Positions 10,728 to 20,460 of a stretch of DNA of 64,000 bases are shown one piece after another; the stretch's first letter is position 1; the number at the start of each line of letters is the position of its first letter. Origin of the DNA: Verrucomicrobiales bacterium (lineage in GTDB: Bacteria > Verrucomicrobiota > Verrucomicrobiia > Verrucomicrobiales > Verrucomicrobiaceae); NCBI GenBank assembly GCA_038230495.1, contig JBBRNC010000008.1:30378-94377 (forward strand), written 5' to 3'. The notes beneath the pieces are model-generated. The model was not told the origin of the DNA, searched no databases, and saw nothing but the letters and a program-made list of their open reading frames with translations. The position numbers and the translations under genes were made by a program.

Positions 10728-11918
10728 TTACTCGTAGCGGATTTCTTCAAACACGCCACCACCAAGCAATCGCTCACCATCATAAATCGCACAAATTTGT
10801 CCGGGCGTTAGGGCGCGTTGCGGCTCGTCAAAAATAAGCTCGGCGCACAGTTCGGTGCCGCGCTCGAACGGTTTATATTCCGCAGCGGCAGCGGGACTGC
10901 GATAGCGCGGCATAGCATCGAGCCTGCGCGGTTGCGTCAAGTCGGGGCCAGTGGTGGAGATGTTGTTGATCGTGCAACGACGCGCCCAGAGCAGCGGCGT
11001 GTCGGGACGTTCAATGGCAATGACGAGGGCATTCGACTCCATGCGTTTGGCGACAACGACATAGGCTTGCTTATAAAGATTGCTTGCCACGCCAAGTCCC
11101 TTGCGCTGGCCTAGCGTGTAGAGATGCAGGCCGCGATGTTCGCCGAGAACCTTGCCTGAAAGATCAACAATGGGGCCGGGCTTGTCCGGCACGAAGGTGC
11201 GCAGGAAATCTTCCATCTTCACTTCACCGATGAAGCAGATGCCTTGGCTATCTTTCTTCTCGGCTGTCTTCAATCCAAACTCTCTCGCGAGTTCACGCAG
11301 CTCCGGCTTCAACAGATGCCCTATGGGAAAGCGCGCGATCTCCACCTGCTCGGGCCGCATCATGGCGAGAAAGTATGTCTGGTCTTTGTTGGGATCAGCG
11401 CCCTTAAGAACTTCTGAATACGAACATTGAACATTGAACATTGAACTCTGAACATTGAGACTCGCAGCAACGCGTTCCGATTTCGGATTTGCCTCATTCA
11501 ATGTTGAATGTTCGACGTTCAATGTTCGATGTTCGACGCGCCTCGCATAGTGTCCGGTCGCGATGGCATCGAAGCCGTTGTCCCGCGCCCATTCCCAGAG
11601 CACGCCGAATTTCATCTCGCGATTGCACATCACATCAGGATTGGGCGTGATGCCTTGCGTGTAGCCTTCGAGAAGATATTTCACGACTTTCTCGCGATAC
11701 TCCTTCATCAGGTTCACGACGCGGAACTCAATACCGAGCTTGTCCGCGACAGCTCGTGCATCCTCGATGTCCTCTTGCCACGGGCAATGGCCAATGATGT
11801 TCTCTTCATTGATCCAGTTCTTCATGTAAGCACCAGACACGTCATATCCCTCGCGGACCAACAGCGCGGCGGCCACGCTGCTGTCCACGCCTCCGGACAT
11901 GGCGACGAGAATTTTCAT
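10728..11918 (-). CDS. mnmA: tRNA 2-thiouridine(34) synthase MnmA, carrying an in-frame ~34-aa insertion
   Basis: [19 protein letters not shown]-loop, DQSYFL-like block (NKDQTYFL), GICFIGE block; 396 aa versus about 360 typical. Confidence 0.9.
   Translation of the reverse strand: MKILVAMSGGVDSSVAAALLVREGYDVSGAYMKNWINEENIIGHCPWQEDIEDARAVADKLGIEFRVVNLMKEYREKVVKYLLEGYTQGITPNPDVMCNREMKFGVLWEWARDNGFDAIATGHYARRVEHRTLNVEHSTLNEANPKSERVAASLNVQSSMFNVQCSYSEVLKGADPNKDQTYFLAMMRPEQVEIARFPIGHLLKPELRELAREFGLKTAEKKDSQGICFIGEVKMEDFLRTFVPDKPGPIVDLSGKVLGEHRGLHLYTLGQRKGLGVASNLYKQAYVVVAKRMESNALVIAIERPDTPLLWARRCTINNISTTGPDLTQPRRLDAMPRYRSPAAAAEYKPFERGTELCAELIFDEPQRALTPGQICAIYDGERLLGGGVFEEIRYE
11421..11535. repeat. 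Imperfect ~115-bp palindromic element of tandem GAACATT heptamers, inside mnmA
   Basis: Left arm CGAACATTGAACATTGAACATTGAACTCTGAACATTGAG and right arm CTCATTCAATGTTGAATGTTCGACGTTCAATGTTCGATGTTCG are about 85% reverse-complementary; central TCCGATTTCGGA hairpin. Confidence 0.8.
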
Positions 11919-12048
11919 GTCGATTCAATAATGCAAAATTTGCAATGATCCAAGGAATGATGGCGTCTCCCCGTCACCCACACCCATGACGGCGAGACGC
12001 CATCATTCCTTGTGTTGCCTTTTGCCTCTGTTCCGCCATTCATGACGT

Positions 12049-12771
12049 ATGTCCAAAATCGAAAAAGTCCCGACCGCCCAGTTCAATCCATTCTACGGGT
12101 GCGCGATTCTCGTGATCATGGTGCTGACTTTCGGCGGCATTGTGACGTGGATGATCTATAGCGGCATCGAGCAGGATCGACAGATCGCTACTTTCACCAC
12201 GGAAAACGCGCCACCGTTGCCGGCACTCGGCGTGAGCGACGGCGAGAAAGTAGCCTTGAAAAACAAGCTCACACTATTCGCCGAGTCCGTATCGAAGGGT
12301 GATGCGGCTCAACTCTCGCTCAGCGTCGATGATGCCAATGCTCTGCTCATTCTGGCTGCGGACGCTGGAATCGGTGAAGACAAGGAAAGTTTGTCTTATC
12401 GCGAAATGCTGCGCTTCACTGGCTTCGACAACAAATCGCAATTCGTGAGCGGGAGCTTGCGAATGCCCATCAACAAACTGCCTTGGGCCGGTGGTGACAA
12501 ACGCTACCTTGTCGGCTCTGCCAGCTTCAAACCAGACGTGGAGAACGGAAATTTTTCTTTGAAAATCGAGACCATCACCGTTCCCGGCAAGATCGTGAGC
12601 GAAGGATTCGTCAACAACATGAAAACCATGGACTGGCTCAGTCTGGCGAAACAAAAGGACAATAAAATCGCGGAAGCCTTGAAAAAAGTATCCACCTGCC
12701 GCATCGCCGAGGATGGTAGCGCTCTCATTTTAGATTGCGCCAAGACGGCGCCGCCTAGTGCGAAACCATGA
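12049..12771 (+). CDS. Membrane-anchored hypothetical protein
   Basis: 240-aa ORF with a single N-terminal TM helix; no recognisable motifs. Confidence 0.4.
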   Translation: MSKIEKVPTAQFNPFYGCAILVIMVLTFGGIVTWMIYSGIEQDRQIATFTTENAPPLPALGVSDGEKVALKNKLTLFAESVSKGDAAQLSLSVDDANALLILAADAGIGEDKESLSYREMLRFTGFDNKSQFVSGSLRMPINKLPWAGGDKRYLVGSASFKPDVENGNFSLKIETITVPGKIVSEGFVNNMKTMDWLSLAKQKDNKIAEALKKVSTCRIAEDGSALILDCAKTAPPSAKP

Positions 12772-12817
12772 ACGGATGGTTGATTAAATCCGTCAGTGCT
12801 GGATTAGTATAGAAGCG

Positions 12818-13372
12818 GTGTTTGCCGCGACGCACATGGAAAATCCTTGGACCACCCTCAGTTCGCGAGTTGCGTATGACAATCCTTGGATTCGGGTGCG
12901 CGAGGATCAAGTGATCAATCCCAGCGGCGGCCCCGGCATTTACGGAGTGGTGGAATACAAGAACCGCGCCGTGGGCGTTATCCCGATTGACGACGCTGGG
13001 CACACTTGGCTGGTCGGCCAGTATCGCTACACTCACCACAGCTATGAATGGGAAATCCCCGAGGGCGGCTGCCCGGAGAACGAGGATTTGCTGGACTGCG
13101 CCAAGCGCGAGCTGCTGGAAGAGACAGGCATCGTCGCCGGTCACTATGAACTGATCCTCGAGGACGTTCAGCTTTCCAACTCCACCACTAATGAGGTCGC
13201 CAACATCTATATAGCGCGCGGCTTGAATTTCACCGAGGCCCAGCCTGAGGCCACGGAAAAGCTGACCGTGAAGCGCGTGTTGCTAGAGGAAGCCATCGAA
13301 ATGGCCCGCGACGGCACTATCCGGGACGGCATGTCCGTTCTGGGGCTGCTCTGGCTAGGAAGCCAGCCCTAG
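12818..13372 (+). CDS. NUDIX hydrolase (ADP-ribose pyrophosphatase-like)
   Basis: NUDIX box EGGCPENEDLLDCAKRELLEETGI; 184 aa. Confidence 0.7.
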   Translation: MFAATHMENPWTTLSSRVAYDNPWIRVREDQVINPSGGPGIYGVVEYKNRAVGVIPIDDAGHTWLVGQYRYTHHSYEWEIPEGGCPENEDLLDCAKRELLEETGIVAGHYELILEDVQLSNSTTNEVANIYIARGLNFTEAQPEATEKLTVKRVLLEEAIEMARDGTIRDGMSVLGLLWLGSQP

Positions 13373-13468
13373 CCGGGCGTTAATTTCCGCGAATCGGCTA
13401 GCCGGAGTTGACACCACGGGTGCGGCATGTATTTTCGCCGCCCTCAATTCACCCCCAAGTCGCAAGCC

Positions 13469-13972
13469 ATGGCCCACACGCAAGTCATCCTCAAGGAAAA
13501 AATCATCAACCTCGGCGCTGAAGGCGACCTAGTGAAAGTTCGTGCCGGATTCGCCCGCAATTTCCTCCTGCCCCAAGGCAAGGCTTTTGCAGCCACGAAG
13601 AGCAATCTCACCCAACTCGAGAGCCTCAAGAAAATTCGCGCCGAACGCGAAACGAAAGAACTCGAAGAAGCGGAAAAAACAGCCGTCAAACTCCGCCGCC
13701 TCAAGCTCAAGCTCACCCTCGCCACTGGTCAGGGAGGCAAAGCTTTCGGCTCCATCACCGCGATGGACATTCAAAAAGCCGTGGCCGAGAGCAGCGCGAA
13801 AGTCGATCTCGAGAAGCATCAAATCGAACTCGACAAGCCAATCAAGAGCACTGGCAGCTTCGATATCCCAGTCAAACTGCACAACGATATCGAGTGCGTC
13901 ATCAAGCTCGTTGTTTCTGCCGCTGATGGCAAAAACGCGGGCGGCGAAAGCTCCGAAGATTCCGAAGGCTAA
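13469..13972 (+). CDS. rplI: 50S ribosomal protein L9
   Basis: MAHTQVILKEKIINLGAEGDLVKVRAGFARNFLLPQGKA is the canonical L9 N-domain; ORF track start 13427 trimmed to the internal Met. Confidence 0.85.
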   Translation: MAHTQVILKEKIINLGAEGDLVKVRAGFARNFLLPQGKAFAATKSNLTQLESLKKIRAERETKELEEAEKTAVKLRRLKLKLTLATGQGGKAFGSITAMDIQKAVAESSAKVDLEKHQIELDKPIKSTGSFDIPVKLHNDIECVIKLVVSAADGKNAGGESSEDSEG

Positions 13973-14010
13973 TTCAGTCCGGCTCGTTAATCATCGAGCA
14001 CTAATCTTTA

Positions 14011-14041
14011 AAACGACGGTTTCATCACCGTCGTTTTTTTG
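14011..14041 (+). terminator. Rho-independent terminator after rplI
   Basis: ACGACGGT-TTCATC-ACCGTCGT stem-loop followed by TTTTTTTT. Confidence 0.7.
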
Positions 14042-14103
14042 TGCCTATATTCGAAGCGCCTAGCCGTATTGAGTTATTCACATCAATTCACATACGATGA
14101 TGG

Positions 14104-15624
14104 TTGCTTCATGCGCGACACGCGGCAAATTTTATTCCCTTTATTATGTCGGAACCTTCTAACATCGCCCCTTTCGACCCCAACGCAGTAGCCGCCCCCA
14201 GCGCCCCTGCTTTGCAAAAGGCCATCGCGCCCAGTCCGCGCGGAACAGAGTCCATGCGGGCCATGCCTTACAGCGATGACGCAGAGAAGGGCGTGCTCTC
14301 CTGCTTCCTGCAGAACCCCGTGGATGTGCTGGACGATGCACAGGTGAATCTTTCCGCAGAAGCTTTTTATCATCCGGGTAACCGCCTCATTTTCGAGGAG
14401 CTGATGGGCTTCAATAACCAACTAGGTAAGGCACTCGACCTCGTCACTTTCTCTCAGCATCTCATCGACAAAAATCTCATGGACAAGATCGGCGGGCCTT
14501 CCACGCTTGCCGAATTGCTGAACTTCGTCCCCACACCCGCGCACTATCCTTACTATCGCGGCATTCTACGGGACAAGCATCTCCTGCGTCGCGTCATCGG
14601 CGCCTGCACCGAGGGCATCCAGAGTGCCTACGAGTATCAAGAGGATGTGCCCGGTTTGCTCGACCGCGTAGAGCAACGCATCCTCGCCGTGCGCGAGGAA
14701 TCGCAGACGCGGGACAACATCAAGCCGCTCAAAGACCACGTCTCCGAGGCCATCGACGCCATGCAGGAGATGATCAAGAATCCCGGCATGTTGCGCGGGC
14801 TTTCCACCGGCTACGGCCTGCTCGACAAGCTGACCAACGGCCTGCAAAAAAGCGAAATGTTCGTCATTGCCGCAAGGCCTTCCATGGGCAAGACCTCGCT
14901 GGCCATGAACATGGTCGAGCACATCGCCCTTGTGCAGAAAAAGCCCGTCGCCGTTTTCAGCCTGGAAATGAGCGCTTCCATGCTCGTGCAGCGTCTCATT
15001 GTCGCCCGCGCAGGTGTCAATATGGGGAAAATCCACGGCGGCCTTCTCGCTCGCGAAGAAATGCGCGCCGTCATGAAAGCCTGCACCGAGCTTCAAGACG
15101 CGAACATTTTTATCGACGACACACCGGGTCTCGAAATCCTCGAACTACGGGCCAAGGCGCGACGATTGAAAAAGCAATACGGCATTGAACTCGTCGCCAT
15201 CGATTACCTCCAGCTCCTCACCTCCGGCAGCAAACGCGGCAAGGAAAACCGCCAAATCGAGATCGCAGAAATCTCCGCCGGCATCAAGGGTCTCGCCAAA
15301 GAACTGAACATCCCCGTGCTCGTGCTCGCCCAACTTAACCGTCAGGTGGAGCAGAATAAGAATCAAAAGCCCATGCTCAGTCACCTGCGTGAATCAGGTT
15401 CCATCGAGCAAGATGCTGACGTGGTCGGCCTGCTCACCCGTTCCGACTACGCGGGAGCCAAACAGGAAGACGCCGACGGCGCAGAAGATGAAAGCAAGAA
15501 AGGTGAGTCCGAACTCATCATCGCCAAGAATCGTAACGGCCCCACCGACAGCGTTCCACTCCGCTTCAAAGGCGAACTCATGCGCTTCACCGAGCGCGAG
15601 TTCGAGCGCGGATCAGATCATTGA
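14104..15624 (+). CDS. dnaB: Replicative DNA helicase DnaB
   Basis: Walker A ARPSMGKTS, LSTGYGLLD, DYLQLL, SGSIEQDADVV blocks; follows rplI as usual; exact start uncertain (possibly 14146). Confidence 0.9.
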   Translation: MLHARHAANFIPFIMSEPSNIAPFDPNAVAAPSAPALQKAIAPSPRGTESMRAMPYSDDAEKGVLSCFLQNPVDVLDDAQVNLSAEAFYHPGNRLIFEELMGFNNQLGKALDLVTFSQHLIDKNLMDKIGGPSTLAELLNFVPTPAHYPYYRGILRDKHLLRRVIGACTEGIQSAYEYQEDVPGLLDRVEQRILAVREESQTRDNIKPLKDHVSEAIDAMQEMIKNPGMLRGLSTGYGLLDKLTNGLQKSEMFVIAARPSMGKTSLAMNMVEHIALVQKKPVAVFSLEMSASMLVQRLIVARAGVNMGKIHGGLLAREEMRAVMKACTELQDANIFIDDTPGLEILELRAKARRLKKQYGIELVAIDYLQLLTSGSKRGKENRQIEIAEISAGIKGLAKELNIPVLVLAQLNRQVEQNKNQKPMLSHLRESGSIEQDADVVGLLTRSDYAGAKQEDADGAEDESKKGESELIIAKNRNGPTDSVPLRFKGELMRFTEREFERGSDH

Positions 15625-15679
15625 ATTTCTCTGGTCCAACTCAGGGGCCGGGTTGCTTCACATCCATGACTATCACGCA

Positions 15680-18556
15680 TCACGCCGCAATCCCACGAAT
15701 ATACGTCGCCACATAATCCACCACGCGATCGAACACGCGTTTCTTGCTGGGTCCTCGCTCCATAACCCTCAATGGTATTAGGATGAGTTCGGCAATGTCC
15801 GGGTCCGGCAACGGCTCTTTGCCGGTATAGACATAGCGGTCGATGACCTTTTTCAATTTGTCGGCATCAAGATGTTCTTCTTCGACAAGCCGATCGAAAG
15901 CTGCCAGGCGTTCTTTTTCCCAAAATGCTTCAAAAGTCTCGGGAATCTCCGCCGCGCTACCTGCCGCTGGTAAATTCGTTTCGATAAACTTCTCAATCAG
16001 CTCTTTCTTGCTCCGCAGTTCAATGTCGCTGGCTACGCTGTCGAGAATGAGCTTTCTGATCGCAGGTGCTTCGGTTGCATCCGCTCCGTAGAGTTTCGCC
16101 AACAGCGTCAGGATATACTGCACGTTGATTACGTCGCGGTGGATCAGTTCCAGTTCAAAGTCCACGTCGTTGAGGATGGATGCCTTGTCCTTCGTGTTGT
16201 CAGTTTTGACCTTGTCGTAGAGGTCCAGATAAGCGCTGCGATAGTCGGCGAAACGCTGCCCAGTCATCGCGAGGTCGTCGTTTTGGAACTCGGAAAACGA
16301 TTCGAGGATGTTCCGCAGACGCATCAGCTCGCGGAAAATCTTCACGAACAGCATCTCCGCCTCCTCGTCCTTCAGTTCCTTCACGCTCGCCACCGTGGGT
16401 GTGAGTTTGCGCAGTTCTTCAACAACCTCGTTGAACCGCTTCACATACTCCTCATAGGGCGGGACAAAGATTTCCTCCTTCGCCTTCACATTGGAGAAGA
16501 GCGCGATGGCCTCATCCGTGCGCTTCTTGAGGTTGCGGAAGACAACGATGTTCCCCTGACTCTTTACCTCGTTGAGGATGCGGTTTGTTCGAGAGTAAGC
16601 CTGCACCAGCCCGTGGAAGCGCAGATTCTTGTCCACGTAGAGCGTGTTCAGCGTCTTGCTGTCGAAGCCGGTGAGAAACATGTTCACCACCAGCAGCAGG
16701 TCCACCTTCCGTTCCTTCACCTTCTTGGCGATGTCCTGATAGTAGTTATAAAAGCTCTGCGTGTCCTTGGTGGAGTAGTTCGTGGCGAACATTCCGTTGT
16801 AGTCGCCGATGAAGCGCTCCAGCTTGTCGCGGGTGTGCGGGTTTCCGCCGTCACCGCCGATGATCTCGCTGTCTCCGTCCAGGATACCGTCCGCGTCTTT
16901 GTCCTCCTCATTGCTGGTGTAGCTGAAGATCGTCGCCACGCGCAGCTTGTGCTTTCCTTCGGTCTTCCGCTTGGCGAACAGCTCATAGTATTTGATCAGC
17001 ACATCCACGTTGCTCACGCACATCATCGCGGTGAACTCCTTGTTCCGCGTCTTCACCGCGTGATGTTCAATGATGTAGTCCGTGATCTTCTCCAGCCGCG
17101 CCGGGGACTCCATCAACTCGCGCGTGTCGATCCCTTCCACCTCAATGTCCACTTCTGTAGCCGTGCCGGGCTTCTTCTTGTAACGGCCCACATACTCCAC
17201 GGCAAACTTCAGCACATTCTCGTCCTTGATCGCATCCGTGATCACATAGCTGTGCAGCTTCTGGTGGAAGAGGTCTTTCGTCGTGTGCTTCTTCCCGTCC
17301 TTAGTCGCTGCGTTGTCGGCGAAGATCGGCGTGCCGGTGAAGCCGAACATCTGGTGATTGCGGAAGAAGCCGGTGATCCGCTTATGGGTGTCGCCGAACT
17401 GGCTGCGGTGGCACTCATCGAAGATGAAAATGATCCTCTCGTCTTGGAGCTTCGCCATCTTCTCCAGATACTGCGGCTTGCTGATCGCCGCGTTCAGCTT
17501 TTGCAGCGTGGTAACGATCAGCTTGGTGTCGTCGGTGAACTGCTGCACCAGCTTGTGTGTGTTGTTCGTGCTGTCCACGCTCCCTTTGCTGAAGCCGTTG
17601 AACTCTTTGATCGTCTGATAATCTAAATCCTTGCGATCCACCACGAAGACGACTTTATAAATGCCGGGCAGGCCGGTGAGAATCTGCGCCGCCTTGAAGC
17701 TCGTCAACGTCTTGCCGCTGCCAGTTGTGTGCCAGACATAGCCATTGGCGTCTGTCTCCGGTGGGAACTTCACTCGCTCCACGATGCGCACCACCGCGTA
17801 GTATTGATATGGGCGCAGCACCATCAGGATTTTGTCCGTCGCATTGAGCACGATGTATTTCCCGATCATCGTGCCGAGGTGCTCGCGATTGAGGAAGGCG
17901 GTGGCAAAGGGCGTCAGTTCACGGATCGTCTTGTTGTCCTCAGCCGCCCAGTAAAAGGTTTGCTTGAAGGATTGCCGCCGCGCGTTGGCGTAATACTTTG
18001 TGTTCACCCCATTGGAAATCACGAAGAGCTGGACGTAGTGAAACAAGCCTTGCCCGCTCCAGAAGCTGTGTTTCTGGTAACGCTGAATCTGGTTGAACGC
18101 TTCCTTCATCTCCAGCCCGCGCCGCTTTAGTTCGATCTGCACCAGCGGCATGCCATTGACGAGGATCGTCACGTCGTAGCGATTCTTGTAGCTGCCCTCC
18201 ATGGCTACTTGCTGCGTCACCTGATAGCGATTCCGCAGCGGATTCACGGAGTCGAAGAACTCCAGATACGTCACCGTCCCGTCATCGCGGTTCAGCTTCA
18301 TCCGGTCGCGCAGGATTTTCGCCTTCTCGAAGACACCCGCGCTTTTCGTGAGGTGATGCATCACCTGTGTGAACTCGCCTGCCGTCAGCGCCACGCCGTT
18401 GAATGCCTCTAATTGCGCCTTCAGGTTCGCCAGCATCGAAGCCTCGTCCGTCACCGCCGCCTTCGCGTAGCCCATGCCCACGAGCTGCGCGACGAGCGCA
18501 TCCTCCAGCACCTGCTCGGGTTGGGTCATCGGAACAATGTTGAGGGAGGTGCTCAC
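15680..18556 (-). CDS. hsdR: Type I restriction enzyme R subunit (HsdR), SF2 helicase/endonuclease
   Basis: HTTGSGKTLTSF Walker A, DECHRSQ DEAD-box II, 958 aa, typical HsdR length; 4-bp overlap with the upstream gene. Confidence 0.9.
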   Translation of the reverse strand: MSTSLNIVPMTQPEQVLEDALVAQLVGMGYAKAAVTDEASMLANLKAQLEAFNGVALTAGEFTQVMHHLTKSAGVFEKAKILRDRMKLNRDDGTVTYLEFFDSVNPLRNRYQVTQQVAMEGSYKNRYDVTILVNGMPLVQIELKRRGLEMKEAFNQIQRYQKHSFWSGQGLFHYVQLFVISNGVNTKYYANARRQSFKQTFYWAAEDNKTIRELTPFATAFLNREHLGTMIGKYIVLNATDKILMVLRPYQYYAVVRIVERVKFPPETDANGYVWHTTGSGKTLTSFKAAQILTGLPGIYKVVFVVDRKDLDYQTIKEFNGFSKGSVDSTNNTHKLVQQFTDDTKLIVTTLQKLNAAISKPQYLEKMAKLQDERIIFIFDECHRSQFGDTHKRITGFFRNHQMFGFTGTPIFADNAATKDGKKHTTKDLFHQKLHSYVITDAIKDENVLKFAVEYVGRYKKKPGTATEVDIEVEGIDTRELMESPARLEKITDYIIEHHAVKTRNKEFTAMMCVSNVDVLIKYYELFAKRKTEGKHKLRVATIFSYTSNEEDKDADGILDGDSEIIGGDGGNPHTRDKLERFIGDYNGMFATNYSTKDTQSFYNYYQDIAKKVKERKVDLLLVVNMFLTGFDSKTLNTLYVDKNLRFHGLVQAYSRTNRILNEVKSQGNIVVFRNLKKRTDEAIALFSNVKAKEEIFVPPYEEYVKRFNEVVEELRKLTPTVASVKELKDEEAEMLFVKIFRELMRLRNILESFSEFQNDDLAMTGQRFADYRSAYLDLYDKVKTDNTKDKASILNDVDFELELIHRDVINVQYILTLLAKLYGADATEAPAIRKLILDSVASDIELRSKKELIEKFIETNLPAAGSAAEIPETFEAFWEKERLAAFDRLVEEEHLDADKLKKVIDRYVYTGKEPLPDPDIAELILIPLRVMERGPSKKRVFDRVVDYVATYIRGIAA

Positions 18557-19263
18557 GCCTTCGTGTAGGCTTGTTTTTCGTGGTTGGGAGTGTCTGGGAA
18601 AGCCCTTCGGAGACGCTTGTCTTTACACAGCTTCGATAGAAAATCCTGCCGGAGTGTTCTCTCTCCTCGGTCCATGATTTTTGCCAGAGAGCTAATCGTC
18701 ACAAAATGTCCTTCACATACCTGAACAATCAGGTCCTCCAGTTCCTTCCGGTCGATTTTTCCTTTTGTTCTTGGGAGAGTCGCCATCGCCTCCAGTTTCT
18801 CGCGGAAATCTTGAGTCAGTTTATCCACGGAATCCACAAAAGGCAGTCGAAACTGTTCGGCGACCAGCCGCCCGACTTCATCGCGTTTGAGAACCTGTTT
18901 GCCCTCGATAATTGTGGAGCTAGGCCCGATAATTGTAGAGCTGCCCGTCAAAATTGTAGAGCTCGGATCGATAATGATAGTGCTGCCGGGACCAAAAATG
19001 TCATCAGGGTTGGCGGTATCGAAAAGCACTTTCAGAATCTTGTCCGGCTTTTCAATCGAGTTGAAGGCGAACTTCCCCTCCTTCTCCTTCACCCCCAGCA
19101 GCACGATCCCACCATGCATATTCGCCATGGCTGAATAGCTTCTCCAAAAGTCCTGAGGCAATTCTCCTTTTCCATCACGTCCAGCCGCCAACTTGCATTC
19201 GAGTTCATAGTACTCGCGCAGTTGCTCTAGGTCAGCCGTGTTTTGTAGTGGAAACGAGATCAT
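18553..19263 (-). CDS. AlbA_2-like (Schlafen-type) DNA-binding domain protein with C-terminal HTH; contains internal 7-aa tandem repeats
   Basis: N-terminal EQLREYYELECK...IVLLGVKEKEGKF resembles PF04326-type putative DNA-binding domain; PSSTII x3-4 repeats; sits between hsdS and hsdR. Confidence 0.5.
   Translation of the reverse strand: MISFPLQNTADLEQLREYYELECKLAAGRDGKGELPQDFWRSYSAMANMHGGIVLLGVKEKEGKFAFNSIEKPDKILKVLFDTANPDDIFGPGSTIIIDPSSTILTGSSTIIGPSSTIIEGKQVLKRDEVGRLVAEQFRLPFVDSVDKLTQDFREKLEAMATLPRTKGKIDRKELEDLIVQVCEGHFVTISSLAKIMDRGERTLRQDFLSKLCKDKRLRRAFPDTPNHEKQAYTKA
18906..18990. repeat. Four tandem imperfect ~21-bp repeats (CGATAATTGTAGAGCT-like) inside the AlbA_2-like gene
   Basis: cgataattgtggagctaggcc / cgataattgtagagctgcccgt / caaaattgtagagctcggat / cgataatgatagtgctgccggg; encode [GD]PSSTII repeats on the minus strand. 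Confidence 0.75.
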
Positions 19264-19284
19264 GGCGGTTGAACAGAGGCAAGG

Positions 19285-20460
19285 TTAAACAAACATTTGC
19301 TGAAGCAACCCGCGTTTGAAGGTTTGGGTGTGGGTGATCTGCGCGGCCACGGTTTCTATCTTGCGGTCGAGCGCTGTGAGGAAGTTGGCGATCTTGGTTT
19401 GTTCTGCTTGGCAAGGAAGCCCCATTTCCAAACCAGAGATGTCTTCTTTTGTGAATCCTTGAATCGACGTCCCTTGGTTGAAAGTTAGAAGTTTGTTCAG
19501 TGAAAACTTCAAGAAGTAAGCAACAAAGTATGGATTAGCATTCGAAGGAATCAGGCTGGTGAAATCCTGACTCGTGCAAAGGTCCGAAGGAGCGACGACT
19601 GCCTTTCCGACCCCGACCCTTGAAACAATCAGAACGCTGCCTTTCGGAACCAGTTTAGTGGCTGATTCTGCAATGGCCTCGCTGGTGATGAAGCGATTAA
19701 TTCTGATTTGTGTGATGCTCTCTTGCACAAGGTCGGAGCTGGAAACCCAAGGAATACTTCCGCTCCAATATTTTTTCTCGGATTTGCTGGGTGTTCCTCC
19801 GCCAATGAATTTGCCAAGCGTTCCGAAGGTAGTCTCCTCCCAATCGGGGAATTCATTGCCGTGGTCGTCTTGGAAGCGGAGGGCTTGGGTAAAGAGTTGT
19901 TGCATCACGCCTTTCTTGTAAGCCTCCAGCAGAGCTTTCTTTTGGCTCAGTTGCGCCAGCCGCCCATCCACCGCCGTCAAGAAATTCGCAATTTTCCGCT
20001 GCTCGGGTAGGAAGGGGGAACTAATGCTGTAACCTCCGATCTGTGGTCCAGTGAGTTGAGGAACGCCCGTTGATTCAATGAAAAATGGTATTCTGCTTAT
20101 CGCACTCTCGAAAAAGTTGACGTCACCAGCAGCCCGAGGCCGGAGCACGAGCAGCCTTACTATCGGAACGAATCGCTCGTGACGAGCGTGGGGCGTCCCA
20201 AGGTTTCCTCTTCCCGAAACCGTAACACAGCCTCCTTCCTCTTTGTAGTAACTCGCATAGCCGTAGAACCCCTTGTCAGTCTCCGCGTTTGCAAAGACTG
20301 GATATGGAAAATCGTCTGTCTTGGTTTTAGACAGCCTCTCTTTGTCGATGTCGCCTCCAGCTCCAATACGGAATACTTCACTGAGTTCATTAGTTTCCCA
20401 GCTCTCCGTAAATTCGGAAAACCTCAATTTGGGCACGCTCATGGTCTGCTCCATCTTCAT
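19285..20460 (-). CDS. hsdS: Type I restriction-modification specificity subunit (HsdS), two target-recognition domains
   Basis: Two TRD halves separated and followed by conserved coiled regions (LTALDRKIE..., FLTAVDGRLAQL); 391 aa; lower GC. Confidence 0.85.
   Translation of the reverse strand: MKMEQTMSVPKLRFSEFTESWETNELSEVFRIGAGGDIDKERLSKTKTDDFPYPVFANAETDKGFYGYASYYKEEGGCVTVSGRGNLGTPHARHERFVPIVRLLVLRPRAAGDVNFFESAISRIPFFIESTGVPQLTGPQIGGYSISSPFLPEQRKIANFLTAVDGRLAQLSQKKALLEAYKKGVMQQLFTQALRFQDDHGNEFPDWEETTFGTLGKFIGGGTPSKSEKKYWSGSIPWVSSSDLVQESITQIRINRFITSEAIAESATKLVPKGSVLIVSRVGVGKAVVAPSDLCTSQDFTSLIPSNANPYFVAYFLKFSLNKLLTFNQGTSIQGFTKEDISGLEMGLPCQAEQTKIANFLTALDRKIETVAAQITHTQTFKRGLLQQMFV

Noticed and set aside
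16717-16986. 89-aa Ser/Thr/Arg/Pro-rich ORF
   Set aside because: Low-complexity translation of the hsdR antisense strand
16139-17626. 495-aa ORF on the plus strand
   Set aside because: Antisense to hsdR, with no motifs
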